Part shown: piece after piece, positions 1-9,369 of the stretch
Numbering within the stretch: position 1 is the stretch's first letter
How the letters are laid out: every line of letters begins with the position of its first letter
DNA from: Abditibacteriaceae bacterium
GTDB taxonomy: Bacteria > Armatimonadota > Abditibacteriia > Abditibacteriales > Abditibacteriaceae
Reading direction: 5' to 3'
DNA length: 64,000 bases
Assembly (NCBI GenBank): GCA_965277285.1
Contig: OZ255721.1
Span: 1-64,000, forward strand
Made by a program: the position numbers and the translations under genes
Notes under the pieces: model-generated
What the model was told of the DNA's origin: nothing
Databases searched by the model: none
The model's input: the letters and a program-made list of their open reading frames with translations, nothing else

Positions 1-1
1 A

Positions 2-1396
2 GCAGCGCTATCAGTACGCGACGAAGGGGGACGGGCTTCAGACATTCGGAATCTATTTCATCGAGTCGGTAACTCCTACGATGAAGAAATGCACTTTGAA
101 GCTGAGATGATAGTTCCTCAAGAAGGAGTTGATGACTTAGGCCAGAAGGCAGACGCTGGCATCACTTTCCTACGATATATAGTCACCATTGGTTATCGCT
201 CAGATATTAGTAGGCTTCTGCCGAGTGCATTAGAACTCAAGAGAGAGGAGCTGCATCACATCAATTTGGGTGAGGCTCCGAAGCGGCTGGTTTTTCCGCA
301 TACCCCGGATTGGCGACATACAGCAATTAAAGGAAGGCGCACTTCACCTTTTATCTCTACCGAGGGCGAGGATGCGTCGAGAGTCATCAAACTACATCAA
401 GATGGCAGTAGTGGCCGTCCTCTTCCAAGGTCTTCTGCGAATTTACCGAGAACAGTACTGTCTGTGGTAAATGCCGCAGAGAGCCCGACCGCACTTTTAG
501 CTAAACGTGAGATGCAATCTTGGCGCTTGCTCCAGTTGGAGCCTTCCTCTCTAAGAAGGCCAGATGAATTTACGGCTCCTATAAGGATAGGAACAGATGG
601 TTCGCACCTTGCATCAACATTGTACCATCTCGCTCATAGTTATAAACCTGTTGATGAAGATCAAGATCAGGATGATGAGTCCATGCAGGATAATCGTCCT
701 GAAGCGCGTGTCTACGCTCAAGTAGCAGACCGTCTGTCAGAGCTAATCGACGACGTTCGTGCCGTGTCCGTGCATCGTGATGAGAGGCGCGAACTTCTGA
801 CGTTACAGGTAAAAGGCAAGGATGGCACACGTCATCCGGCGCAAGCTTTGTCTGACGGCACTCTACGCTTCTTAGCCTTGTCGGTGCTGGCGTTAGACCC
901 CGAAGCTGAGGGACTTCTCTGTTTAGAGGAGCCTGAGAACGGGATACATCCTGAACGTATTCCAGCCATGCTGCGGCTTCTCCAAGCCATTGTCACAGAT
1001 GTACGTGCCGAAGTCGGCCCAGAGAACCCGTTACGACAAGTAATTATCAATACCCATTCACCTTCGGTCGTGCTGCAAGTTCCTGAAGACAGTCTTCTCG
1101 TAGCTGAATCAAAAGATACTGTCCACAATGGAAAACGATTTAATCGCGTTTGCTTTAGCGGCCTCCCAAATACATGGCGGACAAATGGAAACGAGAAGGA
1201 GGCAGTTCCGATGGGGCAGCTGCTGAGTTATCTCAATCCAGTCATTTTATCCAGCCCAAACGATATTAATGGTATTTTGGATGCAAACAACCATGAGCGC
1301 AAAATGCTGAAATATATGCGGACGCCAAAGCGCGTTTTTGAACGCCCTGACGTGAGACAGCTCTTATTGATCGACATCGACAGCGACATGGATTAA
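2..1396 (+). CDS. ABC/AAA_21-type ATPase (5' end outside window)
   Basis: Frame is open from position 2. It has the signature-like LSDGTLRFLAL, Walker B LLCLEEPENGIHP and H-loop IINTHSP. Walker A would lie upstream of the window. Confidence 0.85.
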   Translation, partial: AALSVRDEGGRASDIRNLFHRVGNSYDEEMHFEAEMIVPQEGVDDLGQKADAGITFLRYIVTIGYRSDISRLLPSALELKREELHHINLGEAPKRLVFPHTPDWRHTAIKGRRTSPFISTEGEDASRVIKLHQDGSSGRPLPRSSANLPRTVLSVVNAAESPTALLAKREMQSWRLLQLEPSSLRRPDEFTAPIRIGTDGSHLASTLYHLAHSYKPVDEDQDQDDESMQDNRPEARVYAQVADRLSELIDDVRAVSVHRDERRELLTLQVKGKDGTRHPAQALSDGTLRFLALSVLALDPEAEGLLCLEEPENGIHPERIPAMLRLLQAIVTDVRAEVGPENPLRQVIINTHSPSVVLQVPEDSLLVAESKDTVHNGKRFNRVCFSGLPNTWRTNGNEKEAVPMGQLLSYLNPVILSSPNDINGILDANNHERKMLKYMRTPKRVFERPDVRQLLLIDIDSDMD

Positions 1397-2047
1397 ATGG
1401 ACGATCTTAAATACTCTTTCTTGGGTGACGGCCCCACCGACAAGCGATTGATGGCGCCTGTGAGCTGGCTCTTAAGAGAGTATCTGCCTGATTACGGCAT
1501 TCAAGCGCAGTGGGCAGATCTTAGCCGCCTACCTCGCAAACCGGAGGGGCTTACGGAGAGAATGCTAAAGAGCATTGAACTTTATCCTTGCGACATTTTG
1601 TTTGTTCATCGTGACGTGGAGAGAGAGTCTGTTGAGACACGCAAAACGGAAATAACGCGTGCAGCCGAGGGCATCTCGGTGCCTGTAATATGTGTTGTCC
1701 CAAAGCGGATGCAGGAGGCGTGGATGCTGTTTGACGAGCCTGCAATCCGTAAGGCTGCTTGTAACCCTAACGGGCGCAAACATTTAGATATGCCTTCGTT
1801 AGCGAAATGTGAAGATTTGCCTAACCCTAAAGAAATGCTATACAATCTGTTGCTCGAAGCCAGTGATTTACCTTCACATAGACGTAAGAATGTTCCTGTA
1901 GAACGCTATGCATACCGAGTTACGGAAAAGATAGAAGATTACTCGCCACTACGCAGATTGTCGTCATTTTCAGAGCTTGAAAATGACATACAAGTTCTAA
2001 TACAACGGCATAAATGGAACCAACCTGAGGCAGCGCAGGAAAGCTGA
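1397..2047 (+). CDS. DUF4276-like (Toprim-related) protein, partner of the upstream ATPase
   Basis: ATG directly follows the ATPase stop (TAAATG). Motifs FLGDGPTD, LFVHRD, MQEAWML and PNPKE resemble DUF4276 proteins that follow AAA_21 ATPases. Confidence 0.65.
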   Translation: MDDLKYSFLGDGPTDKRLMAPVSWLLREYLPDYGIQAQWADLSRLPRKPEGLTERMLKSIELYPCDILFVHRDVERESVETRKTEITRAAEGISVPVICVVPKRMQEAWMLFDEPAIRKAACNPNGRKHLDMPSLAKCEDLPNPKEMLYNLLLEASDLPSHRRKNVPVERYAYRVTEKIEDYSPLRRLSSFSELENDIQVLIQRHKWNQPEAAQES

Positions 2048-2156
2048 CTTGATTCACTCAAGACCGCCTCATCGAGTACTCGTTTTTGCTTTACTCGCCC
2101 CATGAACCCCAGCGCCCGCCTCCAATCCAAAGCACTCTCTGTCCTCATGCGCAACT

Positions 2157-2190
2157 CGGCATAAAACTGGAGCGGCATAAAACTGGAGCG
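2157..2190. repeat. 16-bp tandem duplication (cggcataaaactggag x2)
   Basis: Directly visible upstream of the cupin gene. Confidence 0.9.
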
Positions 2191-2222
2191 AGTTGATGGG
2201 TCTCAGCCAAGAGGATCAGAAA

Positions 2223-2624
2223 ATGCAAATCAAAAGAAGTGGCTCGCAGCCTTCAGGCAAAGGCCCGTCTGAGTGGTTTACGGGGATCGTCCGCATTGAT
2301 CCCTTATTTCAAGCAAACGACCCGGCACGCACGGCGGGCGCCAGCGTTACGTTTGAGCCGGGCGCTCGGACGGCGTGGCACACTCACCCGTTAGGGCAAA
2401 CCTTGATCGTGACGGCTGGCTGCGGTTTAGCACAGCGCGAGGGCGGGCCGCTTGAAGAGATTCGACCTGGTGATGTCATCTGGTTTCCGCCCGGTGAAAA
2501 GCATTGGCACGGTGCCACAGCCACCACAGCCATGACGCGCATCGCCATTCAAGAACAACTTGACGGCAAAGCCGTTGACTGGATGGAAAAGGTCAGCGAC
2601 GAACAGTACCAGACAGGTGAATAG
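2223..2624 (+). CDS. Cupin protein, close to Mn-dependent cupin hydroxynitrile lyases (GtHNL-like)
   Basis: [29 protein letters not shown]...[14 protein letters not shown]...[16 protein letters not shown] at 2211. Confidence 0.85.
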   Translation: MQIKRSGSQPSGKGPSEWFTGIVRIDPLFQANDPARTAGASVTFEPGARTAWHTHPLGQTLIVTAGCGLAQREGGPLEEIRPGDVIWFPPGEKHWHGATATTAMTRIAIQEQLDGKAVDWMEKVSDEQYQTGE

Positions 2625-2950
2625 AGAAAATGCTGACTTCTGCCTGCAACCCATGACGGGACGAGAAACGGGCAATGAATCAGGACGATTTCACGCACGA
2701 AATCCAGAACAAAGCGCGTCAGAGCGCGGTGCTTTTGAGTACTTCAACTCCTTACGAGATGAAATTTGAAATGGTAACTTCACTCGGTTCAATGAAGAAA
2801 TCCCTTGACGTAGCGCATCTTTGACGGTTACATAACTTGTGCGCCACCGCTTTCACTGCTTTCACCGCGTGAATGCTTGGCGGTCTTTTCCTCTTTGTGC
2901 TTGGCTTTTGTTTTCCACCATCTCACTCTGTCGTTCATATTGGATTACTC

Positions 2951-4597
2951 GTGCCCTACCTGGATTTTAAAGGCCGCAAGGCCGTCGAATCGCTGCATAG
3001 CGCCGTGCCGCATCACAGTTTGGAGTTCGACGCGTCAGCCTCCATTTTGTCGGAAGACGAAAAACCTTCGCTCGACGGCAACCTCATCATCGAAGGCGAC
3101 AGCCTTGAAGCGCTGAAGGCTCTACTGCCGACCCATGCCGGAAAGATCAAGTGTATCTACATTGATTTGCCGTACAACACGGGAAATGAAGGCTGGGTTT
3201 ATCACGATAATTACAGCAACCATCCGATCCTAAAGGAGTGGTGGGAGAAAGAGGTCGGGAATGAAGAAGACGATCCGTGCCGCCATGACAAATGGTGCTG
3301 CATGGTATATCCGCGTCTGCAATTGATGTATCAGTTGCTGGCCGATGATGGTGTAATTTTTATTTCCATTGACGACAACGAGGTTCACCATGCTCGCTGT
3401 CTATTGGATGAAATATTCGGAAGCTCCAATTTTACTTCTCAAATAACTTGGAAGAAGAGGTCGGGGCCGCCCAATGACAAGGTTATCGGCAATGTTCACG
3501 AGTACATTTTGATTTATGGACGCAAATTTAATGAGACAGAACTCAGTCTCTTGCCCCGCTCTGAAACAGATGACTTAAGGTACACAAACCCCGATGGCGA
3601 TCTACGCGGGCCTTGGGTTGCTGGCGACATTTCGGCAAATGCTAAAGGTGGCCGCTTTGTATCGTCTTTGTATTACGAAATAGAAAATCCTGAAACGAAG
3701 CAATGTCATCTGCCACCTTCGGGAGCCTGTTGGCGATTTAGCCAAGAGAAGGTTAAAAGATTTATCAAAGAGAAGCGTATTTTCTTTGGAAGTGATGGTC
3801 AGGGACGGCCCAAGCTAAAGCGGTTCTTATGCGAGGTTCGTGGGGGCTTAACTGTTCCGAGCTTATGGACGGATGTTGGTACAAACACGCATGCGCGCTC
3901 CGAAATCGTTAAGCTTTTTAATGAAACGAATGTGTTTGAGACGCCCAAGCCAACGAGTTTGATCCGACGCATTCTGCAAACCGGGGCGCAGCATGAGGAC
4001 ACGATTCTTGATTGCACAGCCGGAAGCGGCACCACTGCGCACGCCGTTCTCCAATTGAATGCCGAAGATGGCGGAAACCGGCGATTCATCCTTATCCAAC
4101 GCGCGCAGGACACTAAAGACGACGAGCGCCGGAAAGTCAACATTTGTCACGACATCACGCGTGAGCGCGTGCGCCGCGTCATCGAAGGCGTCAACACCGA
4201 AGCCCTCGGTGGTTCTTTCACTTATGCGCGCCTGAGCAAAGATCCGATGCTCGGGATTCACCGCGAATTGCAGCCGGGCGTTTCTTTTCTGCGCCTGGCG
4301 CAATATCTCTTCTACACCGTCACCAGCCGCCAACTGGACGAATCTCAAATGGACGCAGGAACCGGCTATCTGGGTCAATGGTCGGGTGGCAGCCTGTATC
4401 TTCGCTACAACGAGAAGGACGGCGAAGAAGGCACGCTGGATCGCCAATGGCTCGATGCGGTCGCCGTCAACGATCCCAACTCGCGCCTGACGGTTTTTTG
4501 CGAGCGGTTTTTGGTTCACCGCGAAGACCTGCGCGATTGGCAAAGTGAACACCGTAAAAGCGTGCAGGAACGCCAGATCCCATTCAATCTGCCTTGA
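2951..4597 (+). CDS. mod: Type III R-M modification subunit (beta-class adenine MTase) with variant motifs
   Basis: LIIEGDSLEALKAL, YIDLPYNTG (DPPY position), FISIDDNE, FETPKP, ILDCTAGSGTTAHAV. GTG start at 2951 chosen because it gives a Mod-like MPYLDFKG N-terminus. Lies upstream of Res. Confidence 0.85.
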   Translation: MPYLDFKGRKAVESLHSAVPHHSLEFDASASILSEDEKPSLDGNLIIEGDSLEALKALLPTHAGKIKCIYIDLPYNTGNEGWVYHDNYSNHPILKEWWEKEVGNEEDDPCRHDKWCCMVYPRLQLMYQLLADDGVIFISIDDNEVHHARCLLDEIFGSSNFTSQITWKKRSGPPNDKVIGNVHEYILIYGRKFNETELSLLPRSETDDLRYTNPDGDLRGPWVAGDISANAKGGRFVSSLYYEIENPETKQCHLPPSGACWRFSQEKVKRFIKEKRIFFGSDGQGRPKLKRFLCEVRGGLTVPSLWTDVGTNTHARSEIVKLFNETNVFETPKPTSLIRRILQTGAQHEDTILDCTAGSGTTAHAVLQLNAEDGGNRRFILIQRAQDTKDDERRKVNICHDITRERVRRVIEGVNTEALGGSFTYARLSKDPMLGIHRELQPGVSFLRLAQYLFYTVTSRQLDESQMDAGTGYLGQWSGGSLYLRYNEKDGEEGTLDRQWLDAVAVNDPNSRLTVFCERFLVHREDLRDWQSEHRKSVQERQIPFNLP

Positions 4598-4645
4598 TTG
4601 CGCGCCTGATTTTGCAATCGAGTACTCGAAACCACAAAGGCATTT

Positions 4646-7372
4646 ATGGCGTTCAAAAATTATCAGCAGCGTGTTTTACAGGAAACCGAAAGGTTCTTTC
4701 GCGCACTGCGAGACAAGCAGCAATCACAAGACAAACAGCAACCAAACGATTTGGCCAACGCGATTTATAGCGCCTGGTTAAGCGTTGCCCCGACGAAGAA
4801 TCCCTGTAGGCGCCATTGCGGGAATGGGCAACCGCTCCCCAACTTCTGCTTGAAAGTGCCGACAGGCGGCGGTAAAACCCTGCTCGCAACCCAGATAATT
4901 GCGCAGGCGTGGAAAATCCTGTTGCCCGAGCGCAGCGGCGCGGGCCTGGTTTTGTGGGTTGTTCCCAGCGACCAGATTTACAAAGACACCATCAAGGCTT
5001 TGCGTGATCGCCACCATTTTTATCGCCAATCGCTCGACATCGCTCTTTCGCGTCGCGTCGAGGTTTGGGAAAAAGACAACATCCGCAACATCACACCGGC
5101 GCAGTTATCCGAAAACCTCAACATTCTCGTTTTGAAATTGCAAGGCACCAACCGCAAAGATCGTGAAAGTTTGAAGTTTTTTCGAGATACGGCGGGCAAC
5201 ATCGTGCGCCACTTTCCAGCGGAAAACGATTCCGATGCGCATCGAGCACTCAAAGAACGTTGCTCCAATCTGGATATGTTGATAGAAAACGACGCGTTCG
5301 GCTGGCATCAGGCCAAAACCTCGCTCGCCAACTTCGTGCGCTTGCAGCGACCCGTCGTGATTATTGACGAAGGGCACAAAGCAACGAGCCAACTGGCACA
5401 AGACACCATCACGGGATTCAACCCCTCGCTTGTCGTGGAGCTATCCGCGACGCCTGCCGTCAATCACAACCAAAAATATAGCTCCAACATCTTGTCGGAA
5501 GTTTCAGGGCGCGAGTTGCTCAACGAAGGCATGATTAAACTGCCGATCAACATCAAGACCGATACGGGCGGCATCTGGCAGCAGTGCGTGACGCAAGCCC
5601 ATGCGAAGCGTCACGACCTCGAGCAAAAGGCACGCGCTTATAGCGAGCAGGGCGGGCGCCCCATTCGCCCCATTGTCCTTGTGCAAGTGCAGCGAACGGG
5701 CAACGATCAGCGCATGACGGGACTTATTCATTCCGAAGAGGTGCGCGAATATTTGGTCCAGACGCTCGGCGTGTCGCCCGAACGCGTGCGCGTCAAGTCT
5801 TCGAGCCGCGACGACCTTGAAGGTGAAGACCTGATGTCGCCCGATTGTCCAGTTGAGTGGATCATCACCAAAAGCGCGCTCCAGGAAGGATGGGATTGCC
5901 CGAACGCCTACATTCTGGTTTCGCTGAACAACACGAAAAGCCTGACCTCGATGACGCAATTGGTCGGGCGCGTTTTGCGCCAACCATACGCGGAAAAAAC
6001 ACCGGTTCCCGAACTCAACGAAAGCTACGTTTACTGCCTCTTTCCTCGGCCTCTGGACGTGGTTCAAAAAGTGCGCAAAGCCCTGGATGACGAGGGTTAT
6101 CAGGGAATGATAAACAGCGTGCGCGACGACTCTGCTCCCGAATCGAGCATTCGCCGCCAAACGAAGGTGCGCGAAGACGTTCTACCTCTTTACTGGCCGG
6201 AGGCACCACCGACGCCGCCACCGCCGCCAGCAGGCGACATTGAGCTGCCAACACTCGCAATTGCCGCAGAATCTCTGCCGGAAAACGAGGCGAAGGCCGC
6301 TTTGATTCCCAGTCGCCGCTTCGATTATCACGAGGACTTGCTGCGCTTTGTTGATGTCAGGAAGTTCGAGTACTCGAACTTCGCCGCGACATGGGACTGG
6401 CAGAGCGACATCGAGAAATCACGCGAGTACTTTTATCGCGTCCATCTTCACGATCCTGCCGATGCGCTGACTCCCATTGCACAAAGCCAGCTTTATGAGT
6501 TCGTGGAATCCGACGAAGCGGCGAAAGCGTGGCTTTCAGCCAGCCTTCAAGTCGAGGGGCTGGGTGCCAAATCCGTGCAGCGATTAGTTCAGGAGGCTTG
6601 CCAGGCGGTTCCCATGCGCGGTGGCGAAAGTATCAAAAACCGTCTGGCAATTGTTCGATTTGCCCTTCTCGAACATCTGCGAAACTTTGCAGAAAATCAG
6701 CGCGACGCTTCGACGGAAGAACAGTGGAACCGACTGCACTCTCAGCGAAGGTTCCTTTTTCGCCCCGATGGACACCTCCTTAAAAGAGAGGATGGCCTTC
6801 CGGTTAACCCCACGCAAATGCAGCGCACCAATCAACGAGTGCCGCGTCAGCGCGAGATCGAGAACCCGCGCCCGCTTTTGCGGGGCGACGGCTCGCCACT
6901 GCAATGCCCTTTGTTCGAGATGGAGCAGGACGACTTTAACTACGACGAGCGCGAGGTCGCACGCAAGATAGATGAAAACGAACCGACTTTGTGGTGGCTG
7001 CGCAACGATCTCAAAACAATCCGCTACGGCGTGCAGGGCTACAGGAACCAGCGCGTTTACCCCGACTTCGTTCTCACACAGCTTGACCAAAGAACCGATC
7101 CGAAAAGCAATCAGGAGAGCTTGCCTTTGATGGTGCTTTTTGAAAGCAAGGGAAGTCATTTGATAGGAAACGACGACACAAATTATAAGAGCAATCTGGC
7201 AAAGCGTATCTCCGAAATTGGCAATCGGTTCATGTGGCAGCCTTTGCATTGCAAGGGCAAAACATTTTTGCGGTACCGGTTGCGCTTCGAGGTTCTTGAG
7301 CTGGGACAAGATTGGCGCGGCAAGATGCAGACGATCCTTGCCCAAGAAAGAGAAGTTGCAAAAGCAGCTTAA
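4646..7372 (+). CDS. res: Type III R-M restriction subunit (SF2 helicase + PD-(D/E)xK nuclease)
   Basis: Walker A VPTGGGKT, IIDEGH, LSAT, ALQEGWDCP, QLVGRVLRQP, and C-terminal YPDF...FESKG. Confidence 0.9.
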   Translation: MAFKNYQQRVLQETERFFRALRDKQQSQDKQQPNDLANAIYSAWLSVAPTKNPCRRHCGNGQPLPNFCLKVPTGGGKTLLATQIIAQAWKILLPERSGAGLVLWVVPSDQIYKDTIKALRDRHHFYRQSLDIALSRRVEVWEKDNIRNITPAQLSENLNILVLKLQGTNRKDRESLKFFRDTAGNIVRHFPAENDSDAHRALKERCSNLDMLIENDAFGWHQAKTSLANFVRLQRPVVIIDEGHKATSQLAQDTITGFNPSLVVELSATPAVNHNQKYSSNILSEVSGRELLNEGMIKLPINIKTDTGGIWQQCVTQAHAKRHDLEQKARAYSEQGGRPIRPIVLVQVQRTGNDQRMTGLIHSEEVREYLVQTLGVSPERVRVKSSSRDDLEGEDLMSPDCPVEWIITKSALQEGWDCPNAYILVSLNNTKSLTSMTQLVGRVLRQPYAEKTPVPELNESYVYCLFPRPLDVVQKVRKALDDEGYQGMINSVRDDSAPESSIRRQTKVREDVLPLYWPEAPPTPPPPPAGDIELPTLAIAAESLPENEAKAALIPSRRFDYHEDLLRFVDVRKFEYSNFAATWDWQSDIEKSREYFYRVHLHDPADALTPIAQSQLYEFVESDEAAKAWLSASLQVEGLGAKSVQRLVQEACQAVPMRGGESIKNRLAIVRFALLEHLRNFAENQRDASTEEQWNRLHSQRRFLFRPDGHLLKREDGLPVNPTQMQRTNQRVPRQREIENPRPLLRGDGSPLQCPLFEMEQDDFNYDEREVARKIDENEPTLWWLRNDLKTIRYGVQGYRNQRVYPDFVLTQLDQRTDPKSNQESLPLMVLFESKGSHLIGNDDTNYKSNLAKRISEIGNRFMWQPLHCKGKTFLRYRLRFEVLELGQDWRGKMQTILAQEREVAKAA

Positions 7373-7471
7373 CCTTGTGAGTCGAGTACTCGATTGATGC
7401 GCTTTGGTTTTGGAATGTGTCAGTTGTTCACCCGATCCCTCTGGGACGAAGGCATTGCCAAGCGAGTCGCA

Positions 7472-7575
7472 GAAACCGAAATCGCTGCACACCGACGCCC
7501 TACACCCTGCGCTACGGTCGTTCCTCACTTCGCCGCTCCCTTTCGGCGGCGGCTGACTTTGGCGCTGTAACGCTG
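7472..7575 (+). other. Degenerate attC-like site
   Basis: cgctgcacaccgacgccctaca...ggtcgttcctc...ttcggcggcggctga resembles the other attC-family copies in the window. Its boxes are degenerate. Confidence 0.5.
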
Positions 7576-7610
7576 CACGAGGCTTGGTCGCGTGTGCTAT
7601 AAATAATGAA

Positions 7611-8114
7611 GTGAAACGTATCTGCATCATTGGCACATCCGGCGTCGGCAAAACAACTCTTGGCAAAGCCGTCGCTCAACGGCTAAACCTGCCATTCATT
7701 GATTCAGATTCGTTTTATTGGCAATCGGGTTGGCAGCCAGCATCTCACGATGTTTTACAAGAGCGAGTGTCGGTAGCTACTTCCGGCGAGAAATGGGTTT
7801 TTGAGGGCAACTATTTGTCACTCCGCCAGTCTGTGTGGCAGCGTGCTGATACAATCATCTGGCTTGACTTCTCTCGTTCTGTGGTTTTGAGTCGCGTATG
7901 TTGGCGCAATGTCCGCCGCACTATTCGGCGCGAGCAACTTTGGAATGGGAACAATATGAATTGGCAACGTGCATGGTCAGGTGCGTGCCATTCGTGGACA
8001 ACTTATCAAGGCAAACGGGCAAGTTATCCTCAATTTATAGCAGAATTCCCGCATCTACAAGTCGTTCATCTTCACTCACCACGTCAAGCAAAGCAGTGGT
8101 TCATGGCGGTCTAA
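7611..8114 (+). CDS. Adenylate kinase-like / topology-modulation (FlaR-like) P-loop protein; probable gene cassette
   Basis: KRICIIGTSGVGKTT, WVFEGNY, ADTIIWLD; flanked by attC-like sites. Confidence 0.8.
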   Translation: MKRICIIGTSGVGKTTLGKAVAQRLNLPFIDSDSFYWQSGWQPASHDVLQERVSVATSGEKWVFEGNYLSLRQSVWQRADTIIWLDFSRSVVLSRVCWRNVRRTIRREQLWNGNNMNWQRAWSGACHSWTTYQGKRASYPQFIAEFPHLQVVHLHSPRQAKQWFMAV

Positions 8115-8119
8115 CAGCG

Positions 8120-8205
8120 TTACAATAAGGTGCTGCACCCAACCGCCTACAGTTTCGTTCGTTCCTCGTTACGCTACAGGCCGCCGCTGAACTCAGGCGT
8201 TGTGC
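8120..8205 (+). other. attC-like site
   Basis: tacaataaggtgctgcacccaaccgcctacag...gctgaactcaggcGTTGTGC begins just after a stop codon and is an imperfect palindrome ending in a GTT core. Confidence 0.7.
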
Positions 8206-8261
8206 TGCTGCGTGCAGCGGGAAAGTATGTGCTATGTTTTAGAACGGTGGAAGAATATAGT

Positions 8262-8774
8262 ATGGATATACTCGACCGGCTGTTAGGACACGACGCTTGG
8301 ACGACACGACAACTGCTATTCGTTTGCCAAGTATTACCAGATAACCTGCTCGACAGGCATTTTGAATTTGGGCAGAAAACCCTGCGTCGGACATTCGTCC
8401 ACATTATTGGCAACATGGAAGTGTGGACTGACTTAATTCAGCAACGTCCGGTGCGGCCCGAACCTGAAATTGCCAGACAGAATATTTCCATAACTGCTCT
8501 TATCGAGCATTTCGATATAGTAGCATCCGAATTCTCTTCCATTGCAAACAGGTTGCGTGACGAGGACAGGCTTGATGGCTTCTTTGTAGACGTTTTAGAC
8601 ACACCACCTCGAAAAAAGACATTTGGTGGTGCAATTACTCATCTTGTAACACACAGTATGCATCACCGTGCTCAAATCCTTGTGATGTTAGACATTCTTG
8701 GTGTGCATCATGATATGGAGGGAGATGCTTTGGGCTGGGAAAGACAATTACGGGGTGGGTGGGAAAAGGTTTAA
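8262..8774 (+). CDS. DinB/YfiT family protein; probable gene cassette
   Basis: LLGHDAW, TFVHII and HLVTHSMHHRAQI His motifs. Confidence 0.85.
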   Translation: MDILDRLLGHDAWTTRQLLFVCQVLPDNLLDRHFEFGQKTLRRTFVHIIGNMEVWTDLIQQRPVRPEPEIARQNISITALIEHFDIVASEFSSIANRLRDEDRLDGFFVDVLDTPPRKKTFGGAITHLVTHSMHHRAQILVMLDILGVHHDMEGDALGWERQLRGGWEKV

Positions 8775-8794
8775 ACAGATACTCACTAGCAGTC

Positions 8795-8812
8795 ACACAA
8801 CAAGGCGCTGCG
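8795..8812 (+). other. Truncated attC (5' half, acacaacaaggcgctgc)
   Basis: Same R''/L'' segment as the other copies, 20 bp after the DinB stop. Confidence 0.5.
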
Positions 8813-8859
8813 CGCTACGCCGCTACATGCCACGGTATATCTGTAAGTAAAGAAAGGAG

Positions 8860-9369
8860 ATGAAGATGTCAGATAAGTTGGCAACAGAGGCCGATTGGGC
8901 GCCCTTTGTAGAATTATTTCAAGTGCTTGACGGCAAGCTCAAAGCAGCCTCATGGTTTATCAACGGCTGGACAACCAACTACCGATATGTTGCCTTGGGC
9001 AATCGCGTCATCTTCCTGCTTTATAAGGAACACTGGTCTAACGGCGCCATTCATTTCAAGACTCGCATCACGAACACAGATTTAGATAAAGAATTCATCC
9101 GCGTGGGCTTGCATGTAGAAACCAGTATTCCGAAGCAGGGCATTAACCGTGTAGTGTTTGACAAGCTGTTGCTCGAAGAGGGTGGAGACTTATTGAAGAG
9201 TTGGGATAGATACGTCATCAAGCCCACACATTATCAAAAGCCTTTTCATACTTGGATACCTTTCACGCAGGAAACTCTTGTGTCGAGCCTTGAGTCTGAA
9301 TTCTCAAGAGTACAGCAACTCGGCTCGATTATTGACAAAGCAATCGAAGGTGCGAGAACAGTATCTTAG
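8860..9369 (+). CDS. Hypothetical protein (probable cassette gene)
   Basis: AGGAG directly before the start (ATG at 8860 or 8866); 169 aa; no family recognised. Confidence 0.7.
   Translation: MKMSDKLATEADWAPFVELFQVLDGKLKAASWFINGWTTNYRYVALGNRVIFLLYKEHWSNGAIHFKTRITNTDLDKEFIRVGLHVETSIPKQGINRVVFDKLLLEEGGDLLKSWDRYVIKPTHYQKPFHTWIPFTQETLVSSLESEFSRVQQLGSIIDKAIEGARTVS

Noticed and set aside
2951..7372. Type III R-M system as the cause of the TCGAGTACTCGA palindrome
   Set aside because: Type III enzymes recognise short asymmetric sites, and this locus sits in the accessory region while the motif is densest in core genes.
8130..8261. Upstream extension of DinB (MLHPTAYSFVRSSLR...)
   Set aside because: It is translation through the attC repeat; the real start is ATG 8262.
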